Of a stretch of 64,000 bases of DNA, positions 58,955 to 64,000 are shown in pieces. A program made the translations under genes and the position numbers. The stretch comes from Bacteroidia bacterium. Its GTDB lineage: Bacteria > Bacteroidota > Bacteroidia > JADZBD01. The stretch is taken from the NCBI GenBank assembly GCA_020054095.1, contig JAGVMA010000044.1:19722-83721 (forward strand). Direction: 5' to 3'. The notes beneath the pieces are model-generated. The model saw nothing but the letters and a program-made list of their open reading frames with translations. It did not search any database and was not told the DNA's origin. Every line of letters begins with the position of its first letter. Position 1 is the first letter of the stretch.

Positions 58955-59035
58955 ATGGCTAAAAAAGCAGCAAAAAAGAAAGCAGCTCCTAAAAAGAAAG
59001 CAGCTAAGAAAAAAGCTTCTAAGAAAAAGAAGTAA
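58955..59035 (+). CDS. 26-aa Lys/Ala-rich histone-H1-like microprotein MAKKAAKKKAAPKKKAAKKKASKKKK
   Basis: ATG after an A-rich leader (AAAAACCAAAAACC), varied synonymous codons, TAA stop immediately followed by a terminator. Below the ORF-track length cutoff. Confidence 0.8.
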   Translation: MAKKAAKKKAAPKKKAAKKKASKKKK

Positions 59036-59038
59036 AGT

Positions 59039-59068
59039 AAAAGGCACCGAAAGGTGCCTTTCTTTTTT
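59039..59068. terminator. Intrinsic terminator (probably bidirectional)
   Basis: AAAGGCACC-GAAA-GGTGCCTTT then CTTTTTT. Confidence 0.85.
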
Positions 59069-59104
59069 AAACACATTTTGTCCCGAAAATATTTTTCGGG
59101 ATTT

Positions 59105-60139
59105 TTATTTAAATACATTAGTGATTGGTTCTGTACCAATTCCCGGCAGATGGCTAAGCACAATTTTTCCGTTCACGAATTTTATTCCAGTAAAAAAATC
59201 ATTCTTTATTAATAGTGGGCCATCTAAATCAGCCCAATCAGCTAATGGTGCGAGTTGAGACGCTGCAGAAACTCCGCACGATGTTTCGCTCATGCAACCG
59301 ATGCAGATTTTCATTTTTAATTCATTTGCTCGCTCTATCATTTTTCGTGCTTCGTTAAGTCCGGTTGATTTCATGAGCTTAATATTTATTCCACTAAATG
59401 CACCGTTTGTTTTTTCAATATCAACTAATCGTTTACAAGATTCATCGGCAATGATTGGTAAATTACTTCGTTCGGTTAACCATGCAGTTTCATCAATCAT
59501 ATTTATTGGTAATGGCTGTTCCACAAGCAGAGTGTTTTTTTCTGACAGCCACGCAATCATTTCATCAGCAAAATATTTATCCTTCCATCCTTGATTTACG
59601 TCAACAATTATTGGCTTATCTGTTAGTGCGCGAATGACGTTGATCATTTTTTTATCGTCTTCCGAGCCAAGCTTCACCTTTAAAATTTTATAATCAGTGG
59701 CATCAATTATTTTTTGTTGTATTTCATTTTCGTTAGATATGCCAATAGTATAAGTTGTGAACGAAGTTTTATTGGCATTGATATTCCAGAGTTTATGCAG
59801 CGGAGCATTCTTGAATTTCCCTAATAAATCATGTAGCGCAATATCAACCGATGCTTTTGCTGCATTATTGCCCGCTTCTATTTCATCTATTTTTTCTAAT
59901 ATTTGCTCAATATCATTAATCGAACTAAACCGACTTAAAACACGAATTACTTTTTCTAAAAAAGCTGTTGCACTTTCGTGCGTTTCGCCCAGGTATGGAG
60001 GCATTGATGCTTCGCCATATCCACTTACATCGGCTAACGAAATTTTAGTGAACACAACAGGTGTGTGTGTGCGCATACCGTGAGCAATTTTAAATGGCGT
60101 TTTAAATTCAAGAAAATGTGTTCGATATTCTAATAACAT
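59105..60139 (-). CDS. L-Ala-D/L-Glu dipeptide epimerase (enolase superfamily)
   Basis: KVKLG, VDVNQGW, EQP, ADES, NIKLMK, GCM.E, DLDG. Confidence 0.92.
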   Translation of the reverse strand: MLLEYRTHFLEFKTPFKIAHGMRTHTPVVFTKISLADVSGYGEASMPPYLGETHESATAFLEKVIRVLSRFSSINDIEQILEKIDEIEAGNNAAKASVDIALHDLLGKFKNAPLHKLWNINANKTSFTTYTIGISNENEIQQKIIDATDYKILKVKLGSEDDKKMINVIRALTDKPIIVDVNQGWKDKYFADEMIAWLSEKNTLLVEQPLPINMIDETAWLTERSNLPIIADESCKRLVDIEKTNGAFSGINIKLMKSTGLNEARKMIERANELKMKICIGCMSETSCGVSAASQLAPLADWADLDGPLLIKNDFFTGIKFVNGKIVLSHLPGIGTEPITNVFK

Positions 60140-60579
60140 AACATTTCAAATGTATGATTATGGCGCAATAAATTTAATATGTTTGTTTTATGAGCAGTAA
60201 AGTTGTTTTTTAACGGACGGAAGACGACTAAGTAAAATTGAATAGCTATAGGATAGAATTTATCGGAATAAACGATTGCATAGAAAAAATGATTTAGTGA
60301 TTGCCGCTGTTATATTGCCCTTAAAAACAAACAATGCAGTGAAGAAAATAATGAGTTTTATAAAAACGAAACAAAGCAGCATATCAATTCAGGATATAAA
60401 TGCAGGCGCTAAATAGCCACATTGCGGCCTCGTTGCTTGAATGCATGATGCCTGCTTTTGCAGATGATTTCCGGTAAATAAAAGTTTTAGAATTGAAAAA
60501 TCCCGATTAATTGAAATGTATATGAATGCTTGTTTTAATCTAAATTTCTATATTTGCTCATTACATTAAAAATTAAAAC

Positions 60580-61107
60580 ATGAAAAAATTATTTTTATCT
60601 CTCTTAACAATTGCTGCTCTTGCTTTTTATGGCTGTGGTGGCGATAAGCCCGTAATGGAAGAAAACAATGTGCCGGCCGGATGGATGGCACTTGATTTAA
60701 CTCCACATGGTAAAAACATTACTATTAATGTTCCCGATACTTCTAATGGCCCATTGCTGATTGAAGAAATGGGCGGTGCAATCAGAATATCGGTGGGAAA
60801 AAAATTTATGATTGAAGTGGGCGAGGGTGAAGGCAACATCCAAATGAAAAAAGATGTGGATATTAAAGCAAATGATATTTACAAATTTGATGCTTATATA
60901 GTAGAAGAGCCAACTGCTTTAATCTGGAAATGGCATTTAGAAGGTAGCGAGGCGGAGTGCAAAATGTTTTGCATTGTGAAAGTGGGCGAAGTAAACTATG
61001 AAGTGAAAGATGTGGATGGCGAAATTTTTTCGGAGGAAGCCTGTAAAAAAATGTTAGAAGCTGCTAAATCAATTAAAGTAAAAGAAGTTAAGAAAACGGA
61101 AGCGTAA
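60580..61107 (+). CDS. Hypothetical lipoprotein
   Basis: Lipobox FYGC; TATATTTG promoter motif at 60549. Confidence 0.8.
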   Translation: MKKLFLSLLTIAALAFYGCGGDKPVMEENNVPAGWMALDLTPHGKNITINVPDTSNGPLLIEEMGGAIRISVGKKFMIEVGEGEGNIQMKKDVDIKANDIYKFDAYIVEEPTALIWKWHLEGSEAECKMFCIVKVGEVNYEVKDVDGEIFSEEACKKMLEAAKSIKVKEVKKTEA

Positions 61108-61122
61108 TTATAACTTATGCTT

Positions 61123-61164
61123 TAACAAAAAAAACCCGCCTAACAAGGCGGGTTTTTTTTGTTA
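61123..61164. terminator. Bidirectional intrinsic terminator
   Basis: TAACAAAAAAAACCCGCC-TAACAA-GGCGGGTTTTTTTTGTTA. Confidence 0.9.
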
Positions 61165-61175
61165 GGATTGATTTT

Positions 61176-62987
61176 TTAAACTTCTTCTACTTTTTTCTCG
61201 TGTCGCTTGCGCTCATTCTCATCCAAGTAAATTTTACGCATACGTATTGCTTTTGGCGTTATTTCCACGTACTCATCAGCTTGGATATATTCCATTGCCT
61301 CTTCTAATGAAAAATTAACTTTTGGTGCAATTCGCATTTTCTCATCCGAACCGGATGCTCGCATGTTGGTTAATTTTTTCTCCGTACAAATATTAATTAC
61401 CAAATCATCAGGGCGAATGTGCTCGCCAATAATTTGCCCTGTGTAAATATCTTCGCCCGGCTCAATAAAATATTTGCCGCGGTCTTGCAATTTATCAATG
61501 GAGTAAGCCACAGCAGTTCCTTTTTCTTTTGATAAAAGTACGCCAGAAATTCTGCGAGGAATAGGGCCCTTCCATGGTTCAAAACTTTTAAAGCGATGCG
61601 CCATTATTGCTTCCCCCGCAGTTACGTTAAGTATTGCAGTGCGTAGGCCAATTAATCCACGCGATGGAATTTCAAATTCCAAGTGAATTAAATCGCCTTT
61701 TGGTTCCATAATTTTCATATCGCCTTTACGCTGGCTTACTAATTCAATTACTTTACCTGATGTTTCTTGCGGTGTGTCAACGGTAAGCGATTCTATTGGC
61801 TCGTGCTTCATGCCGTTAATTTCTTTTATGATTACTTGTGGTTGTCCCACCTGTAACTCATAACCTTCTCTGCGCATGGTTTCAATTAAAATAGAAAGGT
61901 GAAGAATACCGCGACCGAAAACCGAGTAAGCATCGGGCGAACCGGTTTCTTCCACGCGCAGTGCTAAATTTTTTTCTAACTCTTTAAATAGTCTGTCTCT
62001 TAGGTGGCGCGATGTAACAAACTTGCCATCTTTACCAAAGAATGGAGAATTGTTAATTGTAAACAACATACTCATTGTAGGTTCATCAATTGCAATAGGA
62101 GTTAAACCTTCCGGGTTTTCAAAGTCGGCAACTGTGTCGCCAATTTCAAATCCCTCTATTCCTGTGAACGCACAAATATCTCCCGATTGCACTTCGGTAG
62201 TTTTTACTTTTCCTAATCCGTCAAAAACATAAAGCTCTTTAACGCGCGATTTAAAAATTCTGCCATCGCGTTTTACTAATGATACCGGCATATTTTCTTT
62301 TATCACACCTCGGTAAACTCGTCCCACAGCAATACGACCTATGAACGATGAAAAATCGAGCGATGTAATTTGCGTTTGCAAGCTGCCTTCGCGAACCGGT
62401 GCTGCCGGAATTTTTTCAATAATTGTATCAAGCAAAGAAGTTATATCCGTTGTTTGGTTTTTCCAATCGGTTGACATCCATCCGTGTTTTGATGAGCCAT
62501 AGATAGTTGGGAAATTTAATTGGTCTTCGGTAGCTTCGAGGTTAAAAAATAAATCAAAAACATTATCGTGTACCTCATCTGGTCGGCAATTGGGTTTATC
62601 TACTTTATTGATAACCAATATCGCTTTTAATCCTTGTTGCAGTGCTTTTTGTAAAACGAAACGAGTTTGAGGCATGGGACCTTCAAATGCATCAACCAAA
62701 AGTAAAACGCCATCTGCCATATTTAAAACGCGCTCTACTTCGCCTCCAAAATCAGCGTGCCCCGGAGTGTCAATGATATTAATCTTTACTCCTTTATAGG
62801 TAACCGATACGTTTTTTGCAAGGATTGTAATTCCGCGTTCGCGCTCTAAATCATTGTTATCAAGAATTAGTTCGCCTGTTTCTTGGTTCTCGCGAAAAAG
62901 TTTGCACTGGTGTAAAATTTTATCAACCAAGGTTGTTTTTCCGTGGTCAACGTGGGCAATGATTGCAATGTTTCTAATTTGCTGCAT
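61176..62987 (-). CDS. typA: Translational GTPase TypA/BipA
   Basis: [51 protein letters not shown]. Confidence 0.97.
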   Translation of the reverse strand: MQQIRNIAIIAHVDHGKTTLVDKILHQCKLFRENQETGELILDNNDLERERGITILAKNVSVTYKGVKINIIDTPGHADFGGEVERVLNMADGVLLLVDAFEGPMPQTRFVLQKALQQGLKAILVINKVDKPNCRPDEVHDNVFDLFFNLEATEDQLNFPTIYGSSKHGWMSTDWKNQTTDITSLLDTIIEKIPAAPVREGSLQTQITSLDFSSFIGRIAVGRVYRGVIKENMPVSLVKRDGRIFKSRVKELYVFDGLGKVKTTEVQSGDICAFTGIEGFEIGDTVADFENPEGLTPIAIDEPTMSMLFTINNSPFFGKDGKFVTSRHLRDRLFKELEKNLALRVEETGSPDAYSVFGRGILHLSILIETMRREGYELQVGQPQVIIKEINGMKHEPIESLTVDTPQETSGKVIELVSQRKGDMKIMEPKGDLIHLEFEIPSRGLIGLRTAILNVTAGEAIMAHRFKSFEPWKGPIPRRISGVLLSKEKGTAVAYSIDKLQDRGKYFIEPGEDIYTGQIIGEHIRPDDLVINICTEKKLTNMRASGSDEKMRIAPKVNFSLEEAMEYIQADEYVEITPKAIRMRKIYLDENERKRHEKKVEEV

Positions 62988-63049
62988 GATATTAAATTAA
63001 GGTCGCGAAAGTACGGTTTTTTTATCTTAATTAACAGATGCTGCTTTGC

Positions 63050-63568
63050 TTACTTATCTTTAAACCAACCCGAGTACATTAAATAATTATTCGCAATGCG
63101 ATTGATTTCGCCATGTATTAATTCTTGATTAATATCTTTCACCTTTTTAGCCGGCACACCGGCATATATTGAGCCCGCTTCTACTTTTGTGTTTTCTAAA
63201 ACCACAGCGCCTGCAGCAATTATAGTGTTGCTTCCTATTTCGCAGTTATCCATTACAATTGCGCCCATGCCTATAAGCACGTTATCGCGCACGGTGCAGC
63301 CGTGTACAATTGCATTGTGGCCTATAGAAACATTGTTGCCAATTATGGTTTTCGTTTTCTGATAAGTACAATGTATCACTGCGCCATCTTGCACATTCAC
63401 TTTATTGCCCATGCTGATTGAGTTTACATCGCCACGCACCACGGCATTAAACCATATACTGCAATCATCGCCCATTACTACATCGCCTACCACTGTTGCG
63501 TTTTCTGCCAAATAACAATTGGCCCCCATTTTAGGTGATACGCCATTTACCGATTTTATTAATGCCAT
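63050..63568 (-). CDS. Gamma-carbonic-anhydrase family hexapeptide-repeat protein
   Basis: VVRGDVN, NVQDGAVIH, IGHNAIVHG. Start moved to MALIKSV at 63568. Confidence 0.9.
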   Translation of the reverse strand: MALIKSVNGVSPKMGANCYLAENATVVGDVVMGDDCSIWFNAVVRGDVNSISMGNKVNVQDGAVIHCTYQKTKTIIGNNVSIGHNAIVHGCTVRDNVLIGMGAIVMDNCEIGSNTIIAAGAVVLENTKVEAGSIYAGVPAKKVKDINQELIHGEINRIANNYLMYSGWFKDK

Positions 63569-63578
63569 AAATATTGTT

Positions 63579-63938
63579 TTATTTTCCGTTGCAATTTGAA
63601 TCTTTTTTACAACATGCGGGTAGTTTTTTATATTTTTTTTCGTTAGCCGGCAAATCATCGGCATCGTAACCAGTGTTATTTATTGTTTTCTTAATTGCGT
63701 CAACCGTAGTTTTATCCGAGTTATAAACCACTGTTACAATTTTTGTTTCCACATTTAAATCAGCTTTTTTAACTCCTTTGCTGAATACCAATGAGTTTTC
63801 AATTGCTGTTTTGCACATATCGCAAACGGCCGATGTTTTAATTTTCACTTCAATATACTTTTCTGTTTTCTGCGCCACACCTGTTTTAGCTATTATAAAT
63901 AGTAATGATAAAAGTGCGATGATTGTTTTTGTTTTCAT
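63579..63938 (-). CDS. Exported heavy-metal-associated (HMA) domain protein
   Basis: Signal peptide, CDMC metal motif, C-terminal LPACC. Confidence 0.88.
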   Translation of the reverse strand: MKTKTIIALLSLLFIIAKTGVAQKTEKYIEVKIKTSAVCDMCKTAIENSLVFSKGVKKADLNVETKIVTVVYNSDKTTVDAIKKTINNTGYDADDLPANEKKYKKLPACCKKDSNCNGK

Positions 63939-63959
63939 GTTGTTTTTGTTTTTTTAAAA

Positions 63960-64000
63960 TTAATTTAAACTGTAACGGATTCCTAAGTAAAACATTCGGT
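63960..64000 (-). CDS. 3' end of an upstream gene, probably a TonB-dependent receptor
   Basis: Reads …RMFYLGIRYSLN*, a terminal beta-strand pattern; only 13 codons are visible. Confidence 0.5.
   Translation of the reverse strand, partial: RMFYLGIRYSLN

Noticed and set aside
58939..59163. 74-aa minus-strand ORF with an FFLAAFF repeat
   Set aside because: Antisense reading of the Lys/Ala microprotein; it overlaps the epimerase end and the terminator.
60140..60579. 440-bp divergent spacer with a GCAGGC…GCCTGC pairing (about 60402-60454)
   Set aside because: Only one short stem; no recognisable RNA family or ORF, so it is not supportable.

Overview
AT-rich chromosomal segment of a Bacteroidota bacterium, judged from T9SS C-terminal sorting domains, TAnnTTTG -7 promoter motifs and the exbB-exbD-exbD-tonB-pstS-like-TPR operon. 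Most of it is housekeeping or envelope genes: rimK cluster, tadA, xth, hflX, gmk, yicC, asnC-family regulator, accBC, an MsbA-like ABC transporter, typA and four tandem T9SS cargo genes. There is one inserted type IIG restriction-modification gene with a coupled orphan ORF. The items most worth a second look are: (1) an unannotated 121-nt tRNA-shaped RNA with an Asp (GTC) anticodon, a Leu/Ser-type D-arm and a 51-nt variable region, transcribed divergently from the AsnC-family gene; (2) two membrane sensors with unrelated input domains that end in the same 40-aa tail exactly where a SpoIIE/PP2C phosphatase domain would begin, one of them next to a full-length TPR-SpoIIE phosphatase; (3) a MukFEB/JetABC-like SMC operon with no JetD/MksG nuclease and an EE Walker B; (4) a 26-aa Lys/Ala histone-H1-like microprotein near that operon, too short for the ORF track; (5) a palindromic REP-like repeat translated as part of a signal peptide. 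No CRISPR array, rRNA or transposase was seen. All family assignments come from motif recognition by eye; no database search was run.
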